A stretch of DNA of 64,000 nucleotides, taken from assembly GCA_963731735.1 (NCBI GenBank), contig CAVSWO010000001.1, forward strand, positions 761 through 64,760. The letters are read 5' to 3'. The notes under the pieces were generated by a model that saw nothing but the letters and a program-made list of their open reading frames with translations, ran no database searches and had not been told where the DNA came from. The translations under genes were made by a program, and so were the position numbers. The DNA comes from Candidatus Kerfeldbacteria bacterium. GTDB taxonomy: Bacteria; Patescibacteriota; Patescibacteriia; SBBC01; CAIJZX01. Shown piece by piece: positions 54,546-64,000 of this stretch (its first letter is position 1; each line of letters starts with the position of its first letter).

Positions 54546-55409
54546 ATGTCCTCCGGACCGCTGGTAAGCGTGGTTATTGTCAGCTGGAACAGTCGGCAGC
54601 TGCTGCAACGCTGTCTGGCCTCGTTCCGGCACTGGGTTCAGCTCCCGCACGAAATTATTGTGGTGGACAATGCGTCCACCGATCAAACCCCGACTATGGT
54701 TGAGGCTGAGTTTCCAGATGTCCAACTGATCGTGAACCGAACGAACCGTGGTTTTGCGGCCGCGAACAATCAGGGCTTCGCGATCGCGGCCGGTCAGTTT
54801 ATTGTCTGTCTCAACCCGGATACTGAACTGACTGAAGATTTGCTAACGCCGCTGGTAGACTATGCACAAACGCATCCAACCGTAGCATTTATCGGGCCTG
54901 AAATTCTTAACTCGGATGGCAGCCATCAAATGTCGGTCCGGAATTTTCCAGGCTGGGGCGATCAGGTCATCACGCTTCTCAAGCTTCGGCATTTGCTGCG
55001 TCAGACGCCGGTCATGCGTCGGTACTTAGCCGACCCGGGTGCCGGGCAACAAACGCCGATCATGGTTGATCAAATCATGGGTGCCTGTATGCTGTTTCCG
55101 CGGTGGGTGTTGGAAACCCTGGGAGATTTTGATGAGGGGTATTGGATATGGTTTGAAGAAGTTGACTGGTGCCAGCGAGCGCACCGGGCTGGATATGGCG
55201 TGGTTTACCTGCCAACCGCTCACCTGGTTCATTGGGGTGGAGCGAGTTTTTCCCAGGTTTTAAGTTTGCGCAAACATGTCTGGCTGCTCCGCAGCCTGGC
55301 GCGATACGCCAAAAAATACTGGAGCCCGTTGGCCCGTTGGAGCCTGATTGCCTTGATGCCGATCAGTTATGGATTAACCATCGTACAATCACTTGGCAAA
55401 CCCCGATGA
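54546..55409 (+). CDS. GT2 glycosyltransferase (WbbL/rhamnosyltransferase-like)
   Basis: VIVSWN, VDNASTD, GFAAANN, LNPD and FEEVD motifs. Confidence 0.9.
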   Translation: MSSGPLVSVVIVSWNSRQLLQRCLASFRHWVQLPHEIIVVDNASTDQTPTMVEAEFPDVQLIVNRTNRGFAAANNQGFAIAAGQFIVCLNPDTELTEDLLTPLVDYAQTHPTVAFIGPEILNSDGSHQMSVRNFPGWGDQVITLLKLRHLLRQTPVMRRYLADPGAGQQTPIMVDQIMGACMLFPRWVLETLGDFDEGYWIWFEEVDWCQRAHRAGYGVVYLPTAHLVHWGGASFSQVLSLRKHVWLLRSLARYAKKYWSPLARWSLIALMPISYGLTIVQSLGKPR

Positions 55410-56809
55410 TTAGTAAATCGCAACAACGATTTTGGTGGTGGGTAGTCGGCCTCGGGTTGTTTCATAGTTTGTCATGGCTGGCGTATCAGCTGCCAGACCT
55501 CCGGGTCTGGGCGATGCTGGGTGTTGGGCTGCTGGGGCTTTGGTTAGCGGTCTGGCGGCCACATTGGCTCGCCTACGCGAGTGTGGCCGAATTAGTCATC
55601 GGCGGTCAGGGATATTTGCTGTTTACCGAAATTCACGGCTTTCGTTTAACCTTGCGGATGATTTTGTTCGGACTCGTTTTGTTGGCCGGCGGCATGCAAT
55701 GGCTGCGACGTCGGCAACTGGCCTGGAATCCGGGCTTGACGGCGGCGGTCTATGTTCTCGGGTGGGTTAGTGTTTTGGCGGCGGTCGGTCTGGCCCGCGG
55801 CTATGGATTGAGCAATGTTTTTTCTGACGCGAATGGGTATTTCTACATCGCCATGGCATTTGGCTGGTGGCTGATCCTACGGGCCAAATCAGACTGGCGA
55901 TCAGAAGTTTTCACCATCGTGTTTGCGGGTAGTGTTGTGATTGGACTCAAAAGTTGGATGACCATGACCCTCTTTGGCCAGGCGCCAGTCGGGATTGACG
56001 CCTGGTATCAATGGATCCGCAATACCGGAACCGGAGAAATCACCCATATTCAGGGAAATATTTGGCGAGTCTTCTTCCAAAGCCAAATCTACTGCCTCCT
56101 GGCGGCACTGATCGCTTACGCAGGCCTCCTCATGAAACGGGCCGAAAGCTGGTGGCTGTGGCCGTTATTTTTTGGAAGTTTAGGCACGGTTATCAGCCTC
56201 TCACGCAGTTTTTGGCTGGGCGGGGCGGTGGCGGTTATCGGGCTGACAATTTGGGCTTGGCGGCGACAGGGTTGGAAAATCTTGTGGACCGGGTTACTGA
56301 TGGCGGGGGTGGCGACCGGAATATGGTTGATGCTGTCCTGGTCCATTAACTGGCCATATGTTATCGCGCCAACCGGTCAATCAACCAGCCCGAATCCAAT
56401 CGCGGCTCGGTTCGACGCACCCGGTTCAGCCCAAGCGGCTGACGCTCGACGACTGCAATTGCAACCACTGTGGCAGGCGATTCTGCACCAACCGGTGGTC
56501 GGGCATGGTTTCGGCGCCAGTTTGACCTACTATAATCCGGATCCGAGAATTCAGGCACTCCATTCCACCCATACGTTTGAACTGGGATATCTCGATCAAT
56601 GGTTTAAAATGGGGTTGGTTGGATTGCTCCTCTTAGCCTGGCTGCTTGGTCGGACACTTCGAAAACTGGCCGGAACCAAGTGGTGGGAACTGACCGTCGG
56701 AACAGTGCTGGCAATTGGGATCGTGCATATTTTTTCGCCATACCTCAATCATCCGTTGGGATTAGGATGGATCGCTCTACTCATATGTCTGGCCTATGAC
56801 CCAAACTGA
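55406..56809 (+). CDS. O-antigen ligase/Wzy-like membrane protein
   Basis: Multi-TM; SLSRSFWLG, PVVGHGFG and YLDQWFKMGLVGL motifs. Confidence 0.8.
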   Translation: MISKSQQRFWWWVVGLGLFHSLSWLAYQLPDLRVWAMLGVGLLGLWLAVWRPHWLAYASVAELVIGGQGYLLFTEIHGFRLTLRMILFGLVLLAGGMQWLRRRQLAWNPGLTAAVYVLGWVSVLAAVGLARGYGLSNVFSDANGYFYIAMAFGWWLILRAKSDWRSEVFTIVFAGSVVIGLKSWMTMTLFGQAPVGIDAWYQWIRNTGTGEITHIQGNIWRVFFQSQIYCLLAALIAYAGLLMKRAESWWLWPLFFGSLGTVISLSRSFWLGGAVAVIGLTIWAWRRQGWKILWTGLLMAGVATGIWLMLSWSINWPYVIAPTGQSTSPNPIAARFDAPGSAQAADARRLQLQPLWQAILHQPVVGHGFGASLTYYNPDPRIQALHSTHTFELGYLDQWFKMGLVGLLLLAWLLGRTLRKLAGTKWWELTVGTVLAIGIVHIFSPYLNHPLGLGWIALLICLAYDPN

Positions 56810-57821
56810 CCCGCGGGTAACGGTTTCAATTGTAACCTGGAACAGCCGGCAACATTTACGGACATGTTTTGAAGCCCTCGAGCGACAAACATACACATCA
56901 TTCCAGATACTAGTGGTTGATAATGCTTCAGCCGACGGCACGGTAGCTTGGTTGGAGGAACACTATCCGCAGATAAACATTTTACGGAATACCAGAAATT
57001 TTGGGTATTGCCGAGCGCATAACCAGGCCATTCGTCTGACCAAAAGTGACTTCGTGCTCGTGCTGAACGCGGACGTGGTGCTGGCCGAAGACTGGATTAC
57101 ACGCGCGGTGACCTGGATGGACAACCACCCTGAAACCGGAAGCTATGGAGGACTGCTCGGACGATATACCTACAGTTCCGACGAGTTGAAAGAAGTCAAC
57201 GTTTCTGCTATAATCGACAGCGCCGGATTGCGTCTCGATCGTCAACGTCACGCCGTCGATCGCGGTAGCGGACAAGCAGCGAATGACCAGTTCCGGCAAG
57301 CCGAAGAAGTTTTCGGTTTTAGCGGAGCCTGTGTGCTGCACCGGCGAACCGCTCTTGATTCAGTCGCCTTTCAGCAACAGGTTTTTTATGAACCCTTCTT
57401 CGCGTATAAAGATGATGTCGACTTGGCCTGGCGCCTCCAACGATTGGGATGGCAGGCTTGGTTTGACCCGGCGGCCAAAGCTTGGCATCACCGTGAAATT
57501 CAAGGGGTTGATTCGTCCCGAAACTCGGCCTTGGCAAAAAATTACCGCCGCCGGAAAAGCATGATCGCTAGCTTGTCGTATCGGAATCACTGGGCCATGT
57601 TGTTGACATATGAATCTTGGAGTACTTGGTGGCGTGACGGTTTGCTGATTGCCTGGTACGAATTTCGCAAAGCTGGTTTTCTTTTGGTAACCCGGCCGCG
57701 CGTCTTGCGGGGATTTTTTATCGCGCTCTCCTGGTGGCCGGCCTTACAAGCTCGACGGCGGTGGTTAGCTGAGCACGCCAAGCGGAGTAGTCTGGCTGTT
57801 CGGCAGGCTTGGATACGCTAA
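56796..57821 (+). CDS. GT2 glycosyltransferase
   Basis: IVTWNS, VDNASAD, LNAD and YKDDVDLAWR motifs. Confidence 0.9.
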   Translation: MTQTDPRVTVSIVTWNSRQHLRTCFEALERQTYTSFQILVVDNASADGTVAWLEEHYPQINILRNTRNFGYCRAHNQAIRLTKSDFVLVLNADVVLAEDWITRAVTWMDNHPETGSYGGLLGRYTYSSDELKEVNVSAIIDSAGLRLDRQRHAVDRGSGQAANDQFRQAEEVFGFSGACVLHRRTALDSVAFQQQVFYEPFFAYKDDVDLAWRLQRLGWQAWFDPAAKAWHHREIQGVDSSRNSALAKNYRRRKSMIASLSYRNHWAMLLTYESWSTWWRDGLLIAWYEFRKAGFLLVTRPRVLRGFFIALSWWPALQARRRWLAEHAKRSSLAVRQAWIR

Positions 57822-57823
57822 CT

Positions 57824-58630
57824 ATGGATCTCTCGATTGTCATTTTAAATTATAAATCTAAAGGACTGCTCAAACAGTGTTTGCGCGGCGTGGTGGGCAG
57901 TCAATGGCCGTTTCGGCACGAAGTGATTGTGATTGACAATGATTCACAAGATGGCAGCTTCGAAATGGTCCGTGAGCAATTTCCTAGCGTCAAAGTATTG
58001 GCTTCGCCCAATGTTGGTTTTGCAGCTGGGGTCAACCAAGGATTGCGTATCGCGAGCGGAGAGTTCGTACTCCTCTTAAACCCGGATGTGGCAATATTTG
58101 AACCGGCGGTCATAAAATTGCGGGATTATATGCTGGCGCATCCGAAAGTCGGGGTAGCCGCTCCGCGCTTAATAAACCCGGATGGTAGTACCCAGGATTC
58201 CTGTTATCGATTTCCGAATATCTGGACACCACTGCTTCGCCGCTCACCCCTGGGCCGAATCCCCTGGGGACGAAAAATATTACAGAAGTATCTGCTTCAT
58301 GATTGGTCGCACGATCAAAATGGTCCGGTCGGCTGGGTCTTAGGCGCCAGTATGTTTTTCCGCCGAGCGGCGCTTGAGCAGATTGGATTATTTGATGAAC
58401 GATTCTTTTTGTATTTTGAGGATGTCGATATGTGCCGAAGATTTTGGCAAGCCGGCTGGGAAGTGCACTACGTGGCAGAAGCCGAATTCGTCCATTATCA
58501 CCGCCGCTTATCGGCCGAATATTCCGGATTGCAGGGAATTTTCGCCTATCCAACCCGCCTGCACATACAAAGTGCTATTAAATATTTTGCTAAGTATCTT
58601 GGTGCCCAGCCGGCACCGCATAGCCTATGA
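57824..58630 (+). CDS. GT2 glycosyltransferase
   Basis: VILNY, DNDSQD, LLNPD and YFEDVD motifs. Confidence 0.9.
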   Translation: MDLSIVILNYKSKGLLKQCLRGVVGSQWPFRHEVIVIDNDSQDGSFEMVREQFPSVKVLASPNVGFAAGVNQGLRIASGEFVLLLNPDVAIFEPAVIKLRDYMLAHPKVGVAAPRLINPDGSTQDSCYRFPNIWTPLLRRSPLGRIPWGRKILQKYLLHDWSHDQNGPVGWVLGASMFFRRAALEQIGLFDERFFLYFEDVDMCRRFWQAGWEVHYVAEAEFVHYHRRLSAEYSGLQGIFAYPTRLHIQSAIKYFAKYLGAQPAPHSL

Positions 58631-60603
58631 TATTTCGCCGACCCAAACAAAAAGCCCGAACAAAAGTCCAGCTGATGCCGCTCGCCCAAAAAGGGCGGCG
58701 GGTCCGACGCCAGGTTTGGAAAATTGTTGGTTTTACGCTCGGCGGCTTAGTGCTTTTTTTCGGCTTGGTGACAGCTTACTATTACCCAAAAGCCAAAGTC
58801 GTTATGACGGAGGCCAAAACGCTGCAAGATCTCGGCAAAAAGATTCCGCAGGCAATTTCTGATCAAGATTTCACCCGCGCCCACACCCTGACTACCGACC
58901 TTCAGGCCAGCGTTACTCGCGCGCAAAACGGATTGCATAAAATGCAAGGTTTACGCTGGTGGCCATATATTGGGCGGCAATACCGTGCCGGCGATGATTT
59001 GCTAACCGTAGCCGATCACGGAGCCGACGGAGTTTCAGCGTTAGTTGATTTTGCCGATCAATTGTTCGCGCCTTTTGCCGACCGCGGCAAGGTTAGCTTG
59101 GCGTCGATCACGCCGGAAGAAAAAGGCATCTTATTAGCCGGAATTTCTGAGCACGAAGATACCCTGCGTCAAGCGCATACGGCAATTGATGCTTCGGCTC
59201 AAGCGCTCGACCATATCCCCGACACAGGCCTGATCGGTCCGCTCGAGCGGATTGTCAAACCGTTGAAGGAGCAATTTCCGTTGCTCCAGCAAGGTTTGGC
59301 CCAGGCCATTCCGGCCACCCGTATTTTACCCAGCATCTTAGGCTACCCCGAAACGAAAACCTATCTGTTCCTGCTGGAAAACAATACCGAACTTCGTCCG
59401 GGCGGAGGCTTTATCGGTACCTACGGAATTTTACGGCTCAATTCGGGTGAAATCGTATCGCTCCAGACGGAGAATAGCTATAACCTTGATGAGGCCGCAA
59501 AAAGTTTATCGACCGTGACGCCACCGGCGCCAATCAGTAAGTATCTCAAAGTCTACAATTGGTATTTCCGTGATGCTAACTGGTCTCCGGATTTCCCGAC
59601 CAGTGCTCGTCAATCACTGGTATTGTACCAACGTGAAGGTGGTCGGAAAGACGTGGACGGCGTGATCGCGGTCACGCCGACGGCGATTAGTGCCTTATTA
59701 GATTTAGTTGGGCCGATTAAAATTGGTAGCATAGAATTTTCCGCCGACAACTTCGTTGATAAATTACAAAAGTACGTTGATCTGGATTTTCGGGTAGCCG
59801 GATTAAACGAAGCCGACCGCAAAGATATTATCGGTCCGCTGACCAAAGAATTGGTCGATCGGCTCTTACAACTCCCGGTTTCGGATTGGGGCGGCCTGTT
59901 TCTCACGCTCAGCCAGCAGCTGCATGAAAAACAAATGTTATTGTATGTCAACGACGCCGCCACCCAGGGGATTCTCGAAGATCAAAATTGGGCCGGTTCA
60001 ATCCATACTGACGAACAATCAGACTCCGTGATGGTGGTTGATGCCAACTTGGCTAGTTTAAAATCTGATCCGGTCGTCAAGCGGTCGTATGATTATCAGG
60101 TGTCTGTTAGACCAGATGCTGCCGAGGCTACCCTGACCATCACCTATAATCATACCGGAAAGTTTGATTGGAAAACCACCCGATATAACACCTATGTGCG
60201 GGTCTATGTACCGGAAGGCAGTACCTTGCTTGATTCCAGCGGTGCCCAGTTGCGTGAAAAATCCCAACGAGCGGGCGAAGTCACCACTACCACTGAACTT
60301 GGTAAAACCGTATTTGCGGCTTTCAAATCAATTGAACCGGGTACCAGTAGCACCCTCGTGCTCCACTATCGGTTACCGGATCGTCTGGCGAAACGCCTGG
60401 CCAAAGACCATCAGTATCAGCTGTGGTGGCAAAAGCAAGCCGGACTGGAATCGGCGGATATTTCGTTTCACCTGAGTACCCCCAACCAAAAACCAACCCA
60501 AGTCGACGGCCTTGACAATCAGGCCAAACTCAGTAAAGATAGCCTGCAATTTAGCGGCTCGCTTCGTGAAGATCGGCCGATTGATGTGACGTTTACGCAA
60601 TGA
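58627..60603 (+). CDS. DUF4012 domain-containing membrane-anchored protein
   Basis: LLENNTELRPGGGFIG, FRDANWSPDFP, DGVIAV and KQAG motifs. Confidence 0.85.
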   Translation: MIFRRPKQKARTKVQLMPLAQKGRRVRRQVWKIVGFTLGGLVLFFGLVTAYYYPKAKVVMTEAKTLQDLGKKIPQAISDQDFTRAHTLTTDLQASVTRAQNGLHKMQGLRWWPYIGRQYRAGDDLLTVADHGADGVSALVDFADQLFAPFADRGKVSLASITPEEKGILLAGISEHEDTLRQAHTAIDASAQALDHIPDTGLIGPLERIVKPLKEQFPLLQQGLAQAIPATRILPSILGYPETKTYLFLLENNTELRPGGGFIGTYGILRLNSGEIVSLQTENSYNLDEAAKSLSTVTPPAPISKYLKVYNWYFRDANWSPDFPTSARQSLVLYQREGGRKDVDGVIAVTPTAISALLDLVGPIKIGSIEFSADNFVDKLQKYVDLDFRVAGLNEADRKDIIGPLTKELVDRLLQLPVSDWGGLFLTLSQQLHEKQMLLYVNDAATQGILEDQNWAGSIHTDEQSDSVMVVDANLASLKSDPVVKRSYDYQVSVRPDAAEATLTITYNHTGKFDWKTTRYNTYVRVYVPEGSTLLDSSGAQLREKSQRAGEVTTTTELGKTVFAAFKSIEPGTSSTLVLHYRLPDRLAKRLAKDHQYQLWWQKQAGLESADISFHLSTPNQKPTQVDGLDNQAKLSKDSLQFSGSLREDRPIDVTFTQ

Positions 60604-61613
60604 GTATATTTACCCGTCGAATTGGCATCGACCTCGGCACGACTTACACGTTGGTGTATCTGCCGGGACGGGGGATTGTGTTAAACGAGCCCTCGGTGGT
60701 GGCGATGTCGATGATCGATAAAAAAGTCTTAGCGGTCGGTGATGAAGCCAAGGAGATGATTGGCCGCACGCCGGATACCATTATTGCCTCACGACCGTTG
60801 AAAGACGGCGTGATTGCCGATTACCGCACGACCGAAGCGATGCTTCGCTATTTTATTAATAAAGCCATGGGCGGCGTACGATTCTTTCGGGCCGAAGTGA
60901 TGGTGGCTGTGCCGGGCGGCATTACTTCAACCGAGCGACGGGCGGTTATCGACGCCACGTTGGCGGCCGGCGCCAAAGCCGCCTACATCATCAAAGAGCC
61001 AATTGCAGCCGCGATTGGTGCAAATATCCCAATTGGTTCGCCGTCGGGACACATGATTATCGATATTGGCGGTGGTACATCTGAAATCGCGGTTATTAGT
61101 TTAGGCGGAATCGTGGTTAATACATCGGTTCGAATCGGTGGCAATAAATTTGATTTTGCGATTCAGGAATATGTACGAAAAAAATACGGGTTGGCGATTG
61201 GCGAACGCACCGCCGAAGACATAAAAATCACCATCGGCAGCGCCTTAGTGATGGAGGACAAATTAAGCATGGATGTCCGAGGTCGTGACATGATTACCGG
61301 GCTTCCCCGGACTGTGTCGATTATTTCCGATGACGTGACCGAAGCCATCCAAAACGAACTGGCCGGAATCATTCAAGCCATCAAAAATGTATTACAGGAG
61401 ACACCGCCGGAACTTTCGGCTGATGTGATGGACAAGGGCATGGTGTTAAGCGGTGGTTCATCAAAACTTCGAAATATTGATAAACTTTTTGCTCAGGCCA
61501 TCGGTGTACCGGCCTACGTGGCTGACGACACCGAACTCTGCGTCGCTCGCGGGACCGGCATCGCCCTGGATAACCTTGAATCGTACAAGCGCAGTATATT
61601 GGCCACCAAATAG
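60600..61613 (+). CDS. mreB: Rod shape-determining protein MreB
   Basis: IGIDLGT, PLKDGVIAD, EPIAAAIG, DIGGGT and TPPELSAD motifs. Confidence 0.96.
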   Translation: MSIFTRRIGIDLGTTYTLVYLPGRGIVLNEPSVVAMSMIDKKVLAVGDEAKEMIGRTPDTIIASRPLKDGVIADYRTTEAMLRYFINKAMGGVRFFRAEVMVAVPGGITSTERRAVIDATLAAGAKAAYIIKEPIAAAIGANIPIGSPSGHMIIDIGGGTSEIAVISLGGIVVNTSVRIGGNKFDFAIQEYVRKKYGLAIGERTAEDIKITIGSALVMEDKLSMDVRGRDMITGLPRTVSIISDDVTEAIQNELAGIIQAIKNVLQETPPELSADVMDKGMVLSGGSSKLRNIDKLFAQAIGVPAYVADDTELCVARGTGIALDNLESYKRSILATK

Positions 61614-61615
61614 CC

Positions 61616-62806
61616 ATGGTCATCGGGATTGACGCTTCGCGGGCAAATCAGCGGGAAAAGACCGGCACCGAATGGTACAGTTGGCATCTCATCCGTGCCT
61701 TAGCCAGCCGGCTGCCAGATCATCAGCTGCGTTTGTATACACGAGAACCACTGGAACCTGGTTTGCAAAACCTTGGTCCGCAGATTGAATCACGGGTGCT
61801 GACCTGGAAGCCTGGATTGCTGTGGTCGCATCTCCGATTGGCGTGGGAACTCTTGCGGCATCCGCCGGACGTAGTGTTTATTCCAGCCGACACCGTACCC
61901 TTAATCCGTCGGCGTCCGACGGTTACCACTATTCACGATATTGCTTTCGAGCGCTTTCCGGAGTTATACGCCAAACGGTCCGTCCAACGCCGGCTTGGCT
62001 GGCTCCGTCCGATCATTCAGCTACTTGTTCGACTGGTTACCGGCGGGCGCTATGGAGCCTCAGAACTTGATTATCATCGTTGGTCTGTTCGGCACGCCCT
62101 CCGGGTGAGTCGAGATATCCTGACCGTTTCTGCCTTTACAAAAAATGAAATGATTGAGGTGCTCCAAGCGCGGCCTGATCGGATACAGGTAACCTATCAA
62201 GGCGTGATCCAGCCAAAGCAAGTCCCAACCTTTGACCAGGCCGCAAAAAATCGATTGCGCGCCAAGCATCACTTATCGCGGCGGTATTGGTTGTTTATTG
62301 GACGCCTAGAAACAAAGAAAAATATTCAACAGCTGGTTCAAGCTTACCAGCAATATGCTGAAAGTGCATCGGATCCAGCCGATTTGGTTTTGGTAGGTTC
62401 GCCGGGCTATGGATGGGAAACGGTGGCCGCCCGTTTGCCGCTGATGAGACATGGACGGGTACACGTTCTGGGTTGGCAGCCAGAGACCGATGTCCATGGG
62501 CTCCTGTCGGACGCCCACGGGTTTCTTTTCTTGTCGGCTTACGAAGGATTCGGCCGCCCGCCGCTTGAAGCCATGAGTTTCGGGGTGCCCGTTCTCTCGA
62601 GCCCAGCCGGGTCATTACCTGAAGTTTTGGGTTCGGCCGCGGCTTACGCCGATCCAAAGAATACCAACCAAGTGGTTGAAACCTTGCGTCGACTTGACCG
62701 GGATACCGACTGGCGAAAACAGCTTCGCGATGCCGGGTTTCAGCAAGTCCGGAAATTTACCTGGCAGTCGACTGCCGATCGAACCGCGGCCGTCTTACTG
62801 AAGTAA
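61616..62806 (+). CDS. GT4 glycosyltransferase
   Basis: IGIDAS, TIHDIA, GRLETKKN and YEGFGRPPLEAM motifs. Confidence 0.9.
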   Translation: MVIGIDASRANQREKTGTEWYSWHLIRALASRLPDHQLRLYTREPLEPGLQNLGPQIESRVLTWKPGLLWSHLRLAWELLRHPPDVVFIPADTVPLIRRRPTVTTIHDIAFERFPELYAKRSVQRRLGWLRPIIQLLVRLVTGGRYGASELDYHRWSVRHALRVSRDILTVSAFTKNEMIEVLQARPDRIQVTYQGVIQPKQVPTFDQAAKNRLRAKHHLSRRYWLFIGRLETKKNIQQLVQAYQQYAESASDPADLVLVGSPGYGWETVAARLPLMRHGRVHVLGWQPETDVHGLLSDAHGFLFLSAYEGFGRPPLEAMSFGVPVLSSPAGSLPEVLGSAAAYADPKNTNQVVETLRRLDRDTDWRKQLRDAGFQQVRKFTWQSTADRTAAVLLK

Positions 62807-62851
62807 GCACTTGCCGAAGGTCTGAAAAAATGGTAGAGTAGCGCACGTTCT

Positions 62852-63796
62852 GTGACTTCTCAATCTGCAACCGTTTCCTACCAATCATGGCCCCTGGTTG
62901 GCCAGTCTGAGCTTGGGCGACACCTGGTGGCCAGCCTAACCGTCGGAAGTCTTCCGTCGGTAATCTTGTTTTCGGGCCCGGCCCATCTCGGGAAAAATAC
63001 AGCCGCCCGTTGGTTGGCCCAAGCCAGCTTATGTACGGCCCAGGCGCCGCGACCGTGTGGGCAGTGTCCGGCCTGTCGCCAGGTACTCGGGAACCGTCAC
63101 CCACGCCTGAATATTTTCGCAGCCGGGCAGACACTCGGAGTTGAGGAGGTGCGTGCGGTTAAAGGCAGTGTCACACTGCGTCTGGAACCTGACGAACACC
63201 ATTGGATAATTTTTGAATCGGTTGATCGTTTCACGGAAGCGGCCGCCAATGCCCTGTTAGTTTTTTTGGAAGAACCGCCGCCCGGCCTCCAGATTGTGAT
63301 GACTACCAGTCGGCTCGATGTGATACCGACCACTGTGCGTTCGCGGGCGGCTAGCTACTTTTGGCATCTGGTTTCACCGCAAACTCTGACCCGGCTACCG
63401 AATGCGCAACCGGATTTGGTACATCGAGCGGCCGGTCGCCCCGGATTAGTTTTTTCGCCGCCTGAGGCGGAGCCGTCCGAATCTGACGGCGACCATGCAC
63501 AAATGATTCGAGCCCTGCTCGATGGCGATCCGAAGGCGACGCAACAGGCCATCGATCAACTCGGGGAGTCGCCAACCTCAGCTGATCTGGATCAATGGGA
63601 ATTACTCTTACGGGAATTATTGTTAGCCCGTTTAGGCATTGCAACCCGCCGTCTTTGGCCGGCACAAAAAATATTTTCTTCTCCCGCCACCTCAATCGCC
63701 GCCCTCGTCGATCGGCTTGAGCGATGGCAACAACGTCATCAACTATTGACTCATCATGTCTCGGCAAAATTTATCTTGGCGGACCTCCTGGTCTAA
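62852..63796 (+). CDS. holB: DNA polymerase III delta' subunit
   Basis: FSGPAHLGK, C..PCGQCPAC and AANALLVFLEEPP motifs. Confidence 0.82.
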   Translation: MTSQSATVSYQSWPLVGQSELGRHLVASLTVGSLPSVILFSGPAHLGKNTAARWLAQASLCTAQAPRPCGQCPACRQVLGNRHPRLNIFAAGQTLGVEEVRAVKGSVTLRLEPDEHHWIIFESVDRFTEAAANALLVFLEEPPPGLQIVMTTSRLDVIPTTVRSRAASYFWHLVSPQTLTRLPNAQPDLVHRAAGRPGLVFSPPEAEPSESDGDHAQMIRALLDGDPKATQQAIDQLGESPTSADLDQWELLLRELLLARLGIATRRLWPAQKIFSSPATSIAALVDRLERWQQRHQLLTHHVSAKFILADLLV

Positions 63797-64000
63797 ACGG
63801 AGCGGAGCGGTCGGAATCACTATTCTGTCGATCGCACTGATGGGCCAGAGTTGCACATTGCAATTTGGTAACCCACCCGTGGCTGACGGGGGAGTCTGGC
63901 GTTCCGACGATCACGGCCAGTCTTGGCAGCAAAAAGTTTTCGTCAGTCGAACCGCTAAAAAAACGGAAACCATCGGCCGAGTCAGCATTTTGGCGTTTGC
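63756..64000 (+). CDS. BNR/Asp-box beta-propeller exported protein (3' partial; absent from the ORF track)
   Basis: MSRQ..GITILSIALMGQSC..DGGVWRSDDHGQSW; frame is open to the window end. Confidence 0.7.
   Translation, partial: MSRQNLSWRTSWSKRSGAVGITILSIALMGQSCTLQFGNPPVADGGVWRSDDHGQSWQQKVFVSRTAKKTETIGRVSILAF

Noticed and set aside
37900-55405. Long N-terminal extensions in the ORF track (37900, 41168, 52464, 55169; also 7075 and 31042)
   Set aside because: They overlap upstream genes; downstream ATGs fit family starts, -10 boxes or ATGA coupling
1-64000. CRISPR array, rRNA, tRNA, integrase or transposase
   Set aside because: By eye there are no regularly spaced direct repeats, cloverleaf/T-loop motifs or recombinase ORFs; the intergenic gaps are short and otherwise explained

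Overview
This is a gene-dense bacterial chromosomal segment read with genetic code 11. It most likely comes from a Patescibacteria/CPR (Parcubacteria/ABY1-like) genome. That assignment is inferred from the short AlaRS, RpoA without an alpha-CTD, the sigma4/HARE-HTH protein, a VirD4-like ATPase with its partner, DUF4012, an LMGQSC signal motif, and few SD sequences before core genes. Core content: murA-ctpA-rplI-pyrG, rpmA, a pilB-C-M-N-O operon, a partial dcw cluster (mraY murD ftsW murG murC murB), raiA, secA, secDF, mnmA, alaS, two ABC-2 exporters, a heliorhodopsin, the infA-rpmJ-rpsMKD-rpoA-rplQ-rplM-rpsI operon, two glycosylation clusters, mreB and holB. I saw no CRISPR array, rRNA, tRNA or transposase. 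Signals most worth following up: (1) a recurring orphan-gene cassette (sigma70 promoter, boxA-like G[TCA]TCTTT at the transcript start, strong SD, orphan ORF, terminator) that contrasts with apparently leaderless housekeeping genes; (2) a stand-alone structured ncRNA candidate between secA and secD; (3) a circularly permuted parvulin domain inside SecD; (4) a duplicated two-gene membrane module around a GT-C glycosyltransferase; (5) a heliorhodopsin in an island of orphan genes. All calls come from reading the sequence by eye; no database searches were run.
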